A stretch of 62,000 bases of DNA, from assembly GCA_951406725.2 (NCBI GenBank), contig CATOCA020000023.1, forward strand, positions 1 through 62,000, in the 5' to 3' direction. Both the position numbers and the translations under genes were made by a program. The notes under the pieces are model-generated. The model was not told the DNA's origin. It saw only the letters and a list, made by a program, of their open reading frames with translations, and made no database searches. This document shows, piece by piece, positions 13,765-26,970 of the stretch. The stretch comes from Octopus vulgaris. Lineage: Eukaryota. How positions within the stretch are numbered: the stretch's first letter is position 1; every line of letters starts with the position of its first letter.

Positions 13765-14545
13765 ATATTGCAGAAACAATACTGCTGTCTTTAGTGTTCC
13801 CACTGATATTGACGTAAGAGAAGCGAACGAAGTTGACTCCCAACACAAAATTGCAGACATAACCTTCACTCCCTCTGACATCGTAGCAGCAATAAATGAG
13901 GTCAAATACTACTCTGCTGTAGGCCCTGATAGATTCCCCGTTAGTCTCCTGAAGGAATGTAAACACCAACTTGCAGTCCCACTGACCAACCTCTGGAGAA
14001 ATTCGTTAGATGCAGGTATATACCAAAACAGTTTCTATCCCAGTCAGTCATCCCGGTTTTCAAACAGGGAAACAGATCCCTCGCACTCAACTATCGCCCA
14101 GAGACCCACAAACTCCTATATGCAAATCAGCATGGCTTTCGCTGTGGCAGGGACTGTCTAACACGGCTGACACCACATTGAAGATGTACTCAAAGCCTTG
14201 GGAACAGGTTCGAACTCTGATGTCATATATCTTGAATTCAGTAAAGCGTTCGACAGGGTAGACCATAATATCCTACTCTCAAAATTGGCAAATGTTGGAA
14301 TCTGTGGAAAAGTTCTACACTGGATCAAGTATTTCCTGGCGAATACAACACAACATGTTGTAGTTGATGGAGTCCACTCAAGCCAAGCAAAAGTCACCAG
14401 CGGTGTCCCTCAGGGGTCTGTCTTGGGTCCGCTACTCTTCATAATCTACATAAACGACCTTTCCAGTGTCGTACATTACTGCAAAGTGAACATATTTGCT
14501 GATGACACCAAGCTCCAGCAAATCGTCAATGAAGAAGCAGACCGA
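13765..14545 (+). mobile_element. CR1/L2-group LINE reverse transcriptase fragment, truncated at both ends, frameshifted
   Basis: Motifs SAVGPDRFP, YLEFSKAFDRVDH, SGVPQGSVLGPLLFIIYINDL, FADDTK; near-identical to 32725-33450 and 59205-60037. Confidence 0.93.
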
Positions 14546-15300
14546 TCCAGGTATGTAGATACGGGGTGCTTAACACTCGCAAATCTGGAGTCACTAAAGG
14601 TGCAATTGAACTTCTTTTCATTTAGAACTTAGGGATCTGCAAATGTCGGTATCTTAGAGATGCTTAAAGTGTTTGTTCTAGCTGTAATTGTCGCATACAA
14701 ACAGACGCTCACACACGTATACAGAAATAAAAACATTCACACAAACACAAACACTGAAATGAAAACAGTTACATACCTACACATGCACACACACAAATAG
14801 AAATGAAAATAGTCACACACAAACATACGCACCCACACAGAAATGAAAACGCAGTTACACATTCACACATAAAACCCTAACTAGCATAAACATACAATTT
14901 ATTCAGAATGTAGAGGGGCATTGGGTGCTTTGCACTCGCAGTTAGAATATCAGCTCCCTCCACGCCTATATTAGAATTTCTGTCATCCACTTGTGAAATT
15001 AATACATTGACGACACATGGGAAAAATATGAGCAACATCTGAAGCCACTAAAGGTGCAATAAATTGAACTTATTTGTATTAGTAGTTAGTGATATATGAA
15101 TATCGACGTAGGAATGGCTGTTGTAAGTAGTTTGCTTACGAACCACATGGTTTCGGGTTCATTCCCACTGCCTGTCATCTTCTGCAATTGTTACTATTGT
15201 AGCCCAGGGCCTAGCTAATCCTTGTGATGGGATTTAGTGGAAGGAAATTGATAGAATCTCGTCGTATATACGTTTAAATGTGTGTGTGTGTGTGTGTGCA

Positions 15301-15337
<37 letters not shown>

Positions 15338-15538
15338 GTGCGTGCGTGTGTTTGTGTGTGTCTGTGTATGTTCGCACTCGAAGGGCACACGAGAATGCAC
15401 GCACGTACTATCACACATACAGATGCAAGTTTTCTTAATAAAACGGAATGAACTCCCATTCCATCCCTTACAGTTTCTTTTTTGTTTTAGATACTACATA
15501 TACGTGTGTTGGTATATTCACGTATATCTGTATGTATA

Positions 15539-15620
<82 letters not shown>

Positions 15621-16250
15621 AATATATATATATAAATATATATACGACGCTATGTACGACATATAAATACACAAACACATACATGTGTGTGTGTGTGTGT
15701 GTATATATGAAGGTGCAATAAATTGACTTATTTTGATTTAGTATTTAGTGATCACCAATGTGGGTATCTTACAAATGGTCAAAGTGTTTGTTGTAGTTGT
15801 AAGTGTCGCACACACACAAACAAATAGAAACACTCAGTCGCTCACACACTCGCGCATGCAGAAATAAAAACACTCTTACACACAAACACTGAAATTAAAA
15901 TACCCACACTCACATAAATAAAAACAGTCCCACACACACAAGGAGCCCCAATAGGTCTATCAAAAAAGTTTCTAGTATTTATCCTAGCCCATAATTTATG
16001 ATAATTGAAATTCTTACAATAAATAAATAACTACTAAATAAGTATATCGAACATTACGTCCCCGTAACTTATCGGTTCTGCAAAAGAGACCTATACATTA
16101 AGTAATAGGCATACAAAGAATAATTTCTGGGCTTGATTTGCTTCACTAAAGGCGGTGCTCCACCATGGTCGCAGTGAAATAACGGAAAGAGTCTAAGAGC
16201 GACAAAGCGTATATTACGATAACTACATACTTAAGGGAGATAACTACTTC
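14546..16250 (+). repeat. Subtelomeric duplicated modules (CA-rich tract, SINE pieces, TG/TA microsatellites)
   Basis: Paralogous segments at ~26970-28255, ~29530-30075, ~35470-36490 and ~38050-39150. Shared strings include GGGGCATTGGGTGCTTTGCACTCGCAGTTAGAATATC (14915, 27576, 35959) and AAGGAGCCCCAATAGG. Confidence 0.85.
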
Positions 16251-16267
16251 AGGGAGGTAATTACGTG

Positions 16268-19200
16268 GCCCTGAATTACATGCACCTGAATGTCCTGCCC
16301 CTGAATTACCTGCCCTGAATTACATGCCTCTGAATTACATGCCCCTGAATTACATGCCCTGAATTACCTGCCCCTGAATTACCTGCCCCTGAATTACATG
16401 TCCCTGAATTACATGCACCTGAATTACCTGCCCGTCAATTACCTTCCCCTGAATTACATATCCCTGAATTACATGTCCCTGAATGACATTCCTCTAACTT
16501 ACCAACCGCTGCATGACCTGCCCCTGGATTACATTACCCCTGAATTACCCGCCCCTGAATTACATGCCCTGAATTACATGCCCTGAATTTCATGCCCCTG
16601 AATTAACTGCCCCTCAATTACCTGCTCCTTAATAACCTGAATTACATGCCCCTGAATTTCCTGCCCCTTAATTACATGCCCCTGAATTACCTGCCCCTGA
16701 ATTACCTGCCCCTGAATTACATGCCCCTGAATTACATGCACCTGAATTACCTGCCCCTCAATTACCTTCCCCTGAATTACATGCCCCTGAATTACATGTC
16801 CCTGAATTATCTGCCAATGAATGACATTCCTCTAAATTACCTGCCCCTGAATTACATACCCCTGAATTACCTTCCCCTAAATTACATGCATCTGAATTAC
16901 CTGCCCCTGAATTACAAACACCTGAATTAGATGCCCCTGAATTACCTGCCCCTCAATTACATGCACATGAATACCTGACCCTGAATGATATGCCCTGAAT
17001 TATCTATCCCTAAATTACCTGCCCCGGAATTACCTGCCCGTGAATGTCATGCCCCTGGATTAACTGCCCCTGAATTACATGCCCCTGAATAACATACACC
17101 TGAATTAGATACACCTGAATTACCTGCCCCAAAATTACATACCCCTGAATTACCTGCCCCTAAATTACATGCATCTGAATTACATGCCCTGAATTACTCC
17201 CTCAATTACATGCCTCTTAATTACATGCACCTGTATGACCTGACCCTGAATTATCTATCCCTAAATTACCTGCCCATGAATTACCTGCCCGTGAATGACA
17301 TGCCCCTGAATTACCTGCACCTGAATTACCTGCCCCTGAATTACATGCCCCTGAATTACCTGCCCCTGAATTACATGCCCCTGAATTACCTGCCCATGAA
17401 TGACATTCCCTAAATTACCTGCCCCTGAATTACCTTCCCCTGAATTACATTCCTCTGAATTACCCACCCATGAATTACATGCCCCTGAATTACATGCCCC
17501 TGAATTACATGCCCCTGGATTACCTAACCCAGAATTACATGCACCTGAATTACATGCCCCTGAATTACATGCCCCTGAATTACATACCCCTGAATTACAT
17601 GCCCCTGAATTACCTCCCCCCTGAATTACCATCCCTGAATTTCATGCCCATGAATTACATGCCCCTGAATTACCTGCCCCTGAATGACCAGCCCCTTAAT
17701 TACATACCCCTGGATTACCTGCCCCTGAATTACATACACCTGAATTACCTGACACTCAATAATCTGCCCCTGAATTACCTGCCCCTAAATTACCTTCCCC
17801 TGAATTACATGCCCCTGAATTACCTGCCCCTGAATTACATGCACCTGAATTACATGCCCCTGAATTACATACCCCTGAATTACCTGCCCCTGAATTACAT
17901 ATCCCTGAATTACCTGCCTGAATTACCTGCCCTGAATTACATACACCTGAATTACATGCCCCTGAATTACCTGCCCCTAAATTACATGCCCCTGAATTAC
18001 CTGCCCCTGAATTACATGCCCCTCAATTACCTGCCCATGAATGACATTCCTATAAATTACCTGCCCCTGAATTACCTCCCCTGAATTACCTTCCCCTGAA
18101 TTACACTCCTCTGAATTACCTGCCCGTGAATTACCTGCCCCTGAATTACCTCCCCTCAATCACCTGCCCCTGAATGACATGCCCCTGAATTACCTTTCCC
18201 TGAATTACCCCTGAATTACCTGCCCCTGAATTACCTTCCCCTGAATTACACTAAATTACCTGCCCCTGAATTACCTGCAAATGAATGACATTCCTCTAAA
18301 TTACCTGCCCCTGAATTACCTGCCCCTGAATTACCTGCCTCAATTACCTGCCCATGAATTACATGCCCCCTGAATTACCTGCCCTGAATTACATGCCCCT
18401 GAATTACCTACCCCCTGAATTACCCCTGAATTACCTATCCCTGAATTACCTGCCCCTGAATTACATGCCCCTGAATTACATGCCCCTGAATTACCTGCCC
18501 CTGAATTACATGCCCCTGAATTACCTGCCCTGAATTACATACACCTGAATTACCTGCCCCTGAATTACATGCCCCTGAATTATCTACCCCTGAGTCCCTG
18601 AATAACCTGCACCTGAATTACCTGCCCCTGAATTACATACACCTGAATTACATGCCCCTGAATTACCTGCCCTGAATTACCTGCCCCTGAATTACATGCC
18701 CCTGAATTACCTGCCCCTGAATTACATGCCCCTGAATTACCTGCCCCTGAATTACATGCCCTGAATTACATGCCCCTGAATTACCTGCCCCTGAATTACA
18801 TGCCCTGAATTACCTGCCCCTGAATTACCTGCCCCTGAATTACATGCCCCTGAATTACCTGCCCCTGAATTACCTGCCCCTAAATTACATGCATCTGAAT
18901 TACCTGCCCCTGAATTACCCCTGAATTACATGCCCTGAATTACCTGCCTCTGAATTACATGCCCTGAATTACCTGCCCCTGAATTACCTATCCCTGAATT
19001 ACATGCCCCTGAATTACCTACCCTGAATTACATGCCTCTGAATTACCTGCACCTGGATTACCTGCCCCTGAATTACATGCCCCTGAATTACCTTTCATCT
19101 GAATTACATGCCCCTGAATTACCTTTCATCTGAATTACATGCCCCTGAATTACATGCCCCTGAATTACCTGCCCCTAAATTACCTGCCCATGAATGACAT

Positions 19201-22200
19201 TCCTCTAAATTACCTGTCCCTGAATTACCCCTGAATTACCTGCCCCTGGATTACCTTCCCCTGAAATACATTGCTCTGAATTACCCACCCACGAATTACA
19301 TGCCCCTGAATTACCTGCCCCTGAATTACATACACCTGAATTACATGCCCCTGAATTACCTGCCCCTCAATTACATGCCCCTGAATTACATGACCCTGAA
19401 TTACCTGCCCCTGAATTACATGCCCCTGAATTACATGCCCTGAATTACCTGCCCCTGAATTACATGCCCCTGAATTACATGCCCCTGAATTACCTTCCCC
19501 TGAATTACATACATCTGAATTACCTGCCCCTGAATTACCTGCACCTCAATTACATGCCCCTGAATTACATGCCCCTGAATTACATGCCCCTGAATTACCT
19601 GCCCCTGAATTACCTGCCCCTGAATTACATGCCCCTGAATTACATGCCCCTGAATTACCTGCCCCTGAATTACCTGCCCCTGAATTACCTGCCCCTAAAT
19701 TACATGCCCCTGAATTACCTGCCCCTGAATTACAAACACCTGAATTACCTGCCCCTGAATTACATGCCCCTGAATTACATGCCCCTGAATTACCTGCCCC
19801 TGAATGACATGCCCTGAATTACTATCCCTAAATTACCTGCCCCTGAATTACCTGCCCTGACATACCCCTGAATTACCTGCCCTAGATTACCTGCCCTGAA
19901 TTACCTTTCATCTGAATTACATGCCCCTGAATTACCTGCCCCTGAATTACCTGCCCCTGAATGACATTCCCCTGAATTACCTGCCCTGAATTACCCCTGA
20001 ATTACATGCCTCTGAATTACCTGCCCCTGAATTACCTTCCCCCTGAATTACATTCCCCTGAATTACATGCCCTGAATTACATGCCCCTGAATTACCTGCC
20101 CCTGAATTAAATGCACCTGAATTACATGCCCCTGAATTACATGCCCTGAATTACATGCCCTGAATTACCTGCCCTGAATTACCTGCCCCTGAATTACCTG
20201 CCCCTGAATTACATGCCCCTGAATTACCTGCCCTGAATTACCTGCCCCTGAATTACCTGCCCCTGAATTACATGCCCTGAATTACCTGAATGACATGTCC
20301 CTGAATTACCTGCCCCTGAATTACATACCCCCTGGATTACCTGTCCCTGGATTACATCCTGAATTACCTGCCCCTGAATTACATCCTCTGAATTACCTGC
20401 CCCTGAATTACAAACACCTGAATTACCTGCCCCTGAATTACATGCCTCTGAATTACATGCACATGAATGACCTGCCCCTGAATGATATGCCCCTGAATTA
20501 TCTATCCCTAAATTACCTGCCCCTGAATTACATGCCCCTGAATTACCTGCCCCTGAATTACCTGCCCCTGAATTACATACACCTGAATTACCTTCCCCTG
20601 AATTACATGCCCCTGAATTACCTGCCCCTGAATTACATGCCCTGAATTACCTGCCCCTGAATTACATGCCCCTGAATTACCTGCCCCTGAATTACATGCC
20701 CCTGAATTACCTGCCCTGAATTACATACCCCTGAATTACCTGCCCCTGAATTACCTGCCCCTGAATTACATGCCCTGAATTACATGCCCTGAATTACCTG
20801 CCCCTGAATTACATGCCCCTGAATTACCTGCCCATGAATGACATTCCTCTAAATTACCTGTCCCTGAATTACCCCTGAATTACATGCACCTGAATTACCT
20901 GCCCCTAAATTACATGACTCTTAATTACATGCACATGAATGATCTGACTCTGAATGATGTGCCCCTGAATTACCTATCCCTAAATTACCCACCCGTGAAT
21001 GACATGCCCCTGAATTACATACACCTGAATGACATGCCCCTGAATTGCATACCCCTGAATCACCTGCCCATGAATTACATGCCCCTGAATTACATGCCCC
21101 TGAATTACCTGCCTGAATTACATGCCCCTGAATTACCTTCCCCTGAATTACATGCCCCTGAATTATCTACCCCTGAGTCCCTGAATAACCTGCACCTGAA
21201 TTACCTGCCCCTCAATTACCTGCCCATGAATTACATGCCCCTGAATTAAATGCCCCTGAATTACATGCCCCTGAATTACCTGCCCCTGAATGACATGCCC
21301 CTGAATTATCTATCCCTAAATTACCTGCCCCTGAATTACCTGCCCCTGAATTACATGCCCCTGAATTACCTGCCCCTAAATTACCTGCCCCTGAATTACC
21401 TGCCCTGAATTACCCCTGAATTACCTGCCCCTGAATTACATGCCCCTGAATTACATTCCCCTGAATTACATACCCCCTGAATTACATGCCCCTGAATTAC
21501 ATGCCCCTGAATTACCTGCCCCTGAATTACATACACCTGAATTACATGCCCCTCAATTACCTGCCCCTGAATTACATGCCCCTGAATTACCTGCCCCTGA
21601 ATTACCTGCCCCTGAATTACCTGCCCCTGAATTACCTTCCCCTGAATTACCTGCCCCTGAATTACATGCCCCTGAATTACATACCCCTGAATTACATGCA
21701 CCTGAATTACATGCCCCTGAATTACCTGCCCCTGAATTACATGCCCCTGAATTATCTACCCCTGAGTCCCTGAATTACCTGCCCGTGAATTACCTGCCCC
21801 TGAATTACATACCCCTGAATTACATGCCCCTGAATTACCTGCCCGTGAATTACCTGCCCGTGAATTACCTGCCCCTAAATTACATGCCCCTGAATTACCT
21901 GCCCCTGAATTACATGCCCCTCAATTACCTGCCCGTGAACTACCTGGCCCTAAATTACATGCCCCTCAATTACCTGCCCATGAATTACATGCCCCTGAAT
22001 TACCTGCCCCTAAATTACATGCATTTGAATTACGTGCCCCTGAATTACAAGCACCTGAATTACCTGCCTCTTAATTACATGCACCTGAATGACCTGCCCC
22101 TGAATGACATGCCTCTGAATTATCTATCCCTAAATTACCTGCCCCTGAATTACCTGCCCGTGAATGACATGCCCCTGAATTACATGCACCTGAATTACCT

Positions 22201-25200
22201 GCCCCTGAATTACATGCCCCTGAATTACCTGCCCATGAATGACATTCCTCTAAATTACCTGTCCCTGAATTACGCCTGAATTACCTGCCCCTGGATTACC
22301 TTCCCCCGAATTACATTCCTCTGAATTACCCACCCTGAATTACATGCCCCTGAATTACATACCCTGAATTACATGCCCCTCAATTACCTGCCCCTGAATT
22401 ACCTGCCCCTGAATTACATGCCCCTGAATTACCTGCCCATGAATGACATTCCTATAAATTACCTGCCCCTGGATTACCTTCCCCTAAATTACATGCCCCT
22501 GAATTACCTGCCCCTGAATTACCTGCCAATGAATGACATTACTCTAAATTACCTGCACCTGAATTACCTTCCCCTCAATTACCCGCACATGAATTACATG
22601 CCCCTGAATTACCTGCCCCTGAATTACATGCCCCTGAATTACATGCCCCTGAATTACCTTCCCATGAATTACATACACCTGAATTACATGCCCGTGAATT
22701 ACCTGCCCCTAAATTACATGCCCCTGAATTACCTGCCCCTGAATTACATGCCCCTGAATTACCTGCCCCTGAATAACCTATACCTGAATAACCTGCCCCT
22801 GAATAACATACACCTGAATTACATACACCTGAATTACATGCCCCTGAATTACATGCCCCTGAATTACATGCCCCTGAATTACATGCCCCTGAATTACATA
22901 CACCTGAATTACATGCCCCTGAATTATCTACCCCTGAGTCCCTGAATTACCTGCCCCTGAATTACATACACCTGAATTACCTGCCCCTGAATTACATGCC
23001 CCTGAATTACCTGCCCCTGAATTACATGCCCCTGAATTACCTGCCCATGAATTACCTGCCCCTGAATTACCTGCCCTGAATTACATGCCCCTGAATTACC
23101 TGCCCCTGAATTACCTGCCCCTAAATTACCTGCCCCTGAATTACATGCCTCTGAATTATCTATCCCTAAATTACCAGCCCCTGAATTACCTGCCCCTGAA
23201 TTACATGCCCTGAATTACCTTTCATCTGAATTACATGCCCCTGAATTACCTGCCCCTGAATTACCTGCCCATGAATGACATTCCTCTAAATTACCTGTCC
23301 CTGAATTACCCCTGAATTACCTGCCCCTGAATTACATGCCCCTGAATTACATTCCTCTGAATTACCCACCCCTGAATTACATGCCCCTGAATTACATACC
23401 CCTGAATTACCTGCCCCTGAATTACATGCACCTGAATTACATGCCCCTGAATTACCTGCCCCTGAATTACATGCCCCTGAATTATCTACCCCTGAGTCCC
23501 TGAATTACCTGCACCTGAATTACCTGCCCCTGAATTACATGCCCCTGAATTACCTGCCCCTGAATTACCTGCCCGTGAATTACATGCCCCTGAATTACAT
23601 GCCCCTGAATTACCTGCCCGTGAACTACCTGGCCCTAAATTACATGCCCCTCAATTACCTGCCCATGAATTAAATGCCCCTAAATTACCTTCCCCTGAAG
23701 TACCTGCCCCTAAATTACATGCATCTGAATTACGTGCCCCTGAATTACATGGCCCTGAATTACCTGTCTCTTAATTACATGCACCTGAATGACCTGCCCC
23801 TGAATGACATGCCTCTGAATTATCTATCCCTAAATCACCAGCCCCTGAATTACCTGCCCGTGAATTACATGCCCCTGAAAAACATGCACCTCGATGACCT
23901 GCCCCTGAATTATATGCCCCTGGATTACCTGCCCATGAATGACATTCCTCTAAATTACCTGTCCCTGAATTACGCCTGAATTACCTGCCCCTGGATTACC
24001 TTCCCCCGAATTACATTCCTCTGAATTACCCACCCACGAATTACATGCCCCTGAATTACATACACCTGAATTACATGCCCCTCAATTACCTGCACCTCAA
24101 TTACATGCCCCTGAATTACTGCCCCTGAATTACCTGCCCATGAATGACATTCCTCTAAATTACCTGCCCCTGGATTACCTTCCCCTGAATTACCTGCCCC
24201 TGAATTACATGCCCCTGAATTACCTGCCCCTGAATGACATTCCCCTGAATTACATACCCCTGAATTACCTGCCCCTGAATTACATACACCTGAATTACAT
24301 GCCCCTGAATTACATGCCCCTGAATTACCTGCCAATGAATGACATTACTCTGAATTACATGCCCCTGGATTACCTGCCCCTGAATTACATGCCCCTGAAT
24401 TACATGCCCCTGAATTACCTGCCCCTGAATGACATTCCCCTGAATTACCTGCCCCTGAATTACCTGCCCCTGAATTACATGCCCCTGAATTACATGCCCC
24501 TGAATTACCTGCCTCTTAATTACATGCACCTGAATGACCTGCCCCTGAATGACATGCCTCTGAATTATCTATCCCTAAATTACCATGCCCCTGAATTACC
24601 TGCCCGTGAATTACATGCCCCTGAATTACATGCCCCTGAATTACATGCCCCTGAATTACCTGCCCCTAAATTACATGCCCCTGAATTACCTGCCCCTGAA
24701 TTACATGCCCCTGAATTACCTTCCCCTGAATTACCTGCCCCTGAATTACATGCCCATGAATGACATTCCTCTAAATCACCTGCCCCTGAATTACCTGCCC
24801 CTGAATTACCTGCCCCTGAATTACCTGCCCCTGAATTACATGCCCCTCAATTACCTGCACCTCAATTACATGCCCCTTAATTACATGCCCCTGAATTGCC
24901 TGCACCTGAATTGCCTGCACCTGAATTACCTACACTTGAATTACATAAACCTGAATTACATGCCCCTCAATTACCTGCCACTGAATTACCTTGCTCTGAA
25001 TTACATGCCCCTTAATTACTTAACCCTGGATTACCTGCCCCTGAATTACCTGACCCTGAATTACCTGCCCCTGAATTACGTGCCCCTGAATTACATACCC
25101 CCTAAGTACCTGCCCCTAAATTACATGCATCTGAATTGCCTGCCCCTGAATTACAAACACCTGAATTACCTGCCTCTTAATTACATGCCCCTGAATGACA

Positions 25201-25607
25201 TGCCTCTGAATTATTTATCCCTAAATTACCTGCCCGTGATTGACATTCCCCTGAATTACCTTTCATCTGAATTACATGCCCCTGAATTACATACCCCTGA
25301 ATTACATGCCCCTGAATTACCTGCCCATGAATGACATTCCTATAAATTACCTGTCCCTTAATTACCTTCCCCTGAATTACATTCCTCTGAATGACATTAC
25401 TCTAAATCACCTGCACCTGGATTACCTTCCCCTCAATTACCAGCCCATGAATTACATGCCCCTGAATTACCTTCCCTGAATGAAATGTCCCTGAATTACC
25501 TGCCCATGAATTACATGCACCTGAATTACAAACACCTGAATTACATGCCCGTGAATTACCTGCCCCTAAATTACCTTCCTTCCCCTGAATTACATGTCCC
25601 TGAATGT
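16268..25607 (+). repeat. 15-bp satellite (CCCTGAATTAC[A/C]TGC)n, about 620 units
   Basis: Direct reading; it explains the LNYMP/LNYLP/PELHA pentapeptide ORFs. Confidence 0.97.
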
Positions 25608-25617
25608 ATGAATATCT

Positions 25618-26016
25618 ATGTATGGACGCATGACGTGTGAACGAGGCTTGTTTGTATGGACGCATGATGTGTGAACGAGGCTTGTTTGTATGGACGCAAG
25701 ATATGTGAACGAGGCATATTTGTATGGACGCATGTGTGAACGAGGCTTGTTTGTATGAACGCATGATGTGTGAATGAGGCTTGGTTGTTTGGACGCATGT
25801 GTGAACGAGGCTTGTTTGAATGGACGCATTATGTGTGAACCAGGTGTGTATGAGTGGACGCATGATGTGTGAACGTGGCTTGTTTGTATGGACGCATGAT
25901 GTGTGAAAGAGGCTTGTTTGTATGGACACATGATGTGTGAACGAGGCATGTTTGTATGGACGCATGATGTGTGAACGAGGCATGTTTGTATGGACGCATG
26001 ATGGGTGAACGAGGCA
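25618..26016 (+). repeat. 34-bp minisatellite (GAACGAGGCTTGTTTGTATGGACGCATGATGTGT)n, about 12 units
   Basis: Head-to-tail units with no spacers; 34-aa periodicity in minus-strand ORFs. Confidence 0.95.
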
Positions 26017-26530
26017 GCACTTATTTTTTCTAAGCCTAGTATTTATTCTAACTTATTCTTTTCTGCCGAGCCGCTGAAATACAGGGAGGAAAACACACCA
26101 GAAAAATCTACTATAGCCCCGAGCCGACCAAAGCCTTGTGATTGGATTTGGTGGAAGGAAACTGGAAAACTCCAGTCATATATATGTTTATATGTGTGCG
26201 TGTGTGTCTTTGTTCCCAAACATTGCTACACAACGGATGCTAGTCTGTTTACGTCCCCATAACTTAGAGGTTCAGCGAAATAGACTGATAGAATAAGCAC
26301 TAGGCCTACAATGAATAAGTCCTGGGGTCGATATGCTCGACTAAAGGTCGTGCTCCAACATGGCCACAGTCAAATGACTGAAACAAGTAAATGAGAGTAA
26401 AAGAGTTAAATAACGAGAAAAGTCCATGACCTGTTAACTAGGGAGATAGCAGAAAATATCTCCTAGAGTTACTTCCCTAACGTCATATAATACGTTTCAT
26501 GTTGTAATATCTGTAAGAAAGTAATAATGA
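26017..26530. repeat. Rearranged SINE composite, duplicated at ~34515-35030
   Basis: A minus-strand SINE tail piece joined to a plus-strand SINE body; near-identical copy after the CR1 at 34.5 kb. Confidence 0.8.
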
Positions 26531-26734
26531 CATAATCAAGTTTCTTTTTTGTTTTATATAGTATATATGCGTATGTGGGGTATATACACGTATATCTGTA
26601 AGTATATATATATATATATAAATACTGGAGCGCCGCCTTTAGTCGATCACATCGTCCACAGCACTTCTTTGTAAGCCTAGTATTTTATTCTCTTTTGCCG
26701 AACCGCTAAAATACAGGGAGTAAAACAGCTACAG

Positions 26735-26970
26735 TCGTTCGAAGGTAATGACCAAACTGTCTACTTTTATCCACCAGTTCCAACACGATTTAACAAAAAA
26801 GAAGACAAATTGCTTGACTAGATTTCACTGCAAAGCCAGTAACATCTATGAACTTCCCAAAATCTACAAAAGTTAAGCCATAAACAAAACCTGTAACAAG
26901 TTAACTTCTATAGTTATAAATATTCCACACCCGAGAGATATCCGAATGAGGCCAATTATGGCCAATCCAG
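26735..26970 (+). mobile_element. Penelope-like element RT N-terminal fragment
   Basis: Paralog of 29289-29530; translates to NIYELPKIYKS...MRPIMANP. Confidence 0.72.

Noticed and set aside
15215-15721. YI/CV/HT-rich ORFs here and at many other sites
   Set aside because: Translations of (TA)n and (CA)n microsatellites.
16398-25479. Pentapeptide ORFs (LNYMP, PELHA, QGQVI) resembling repeat proteins
   Set aside because: The 15-bp unit is a multiple of 3; frequent 1-bp indels shift frames and there is no unique N- or C-terminal domain.
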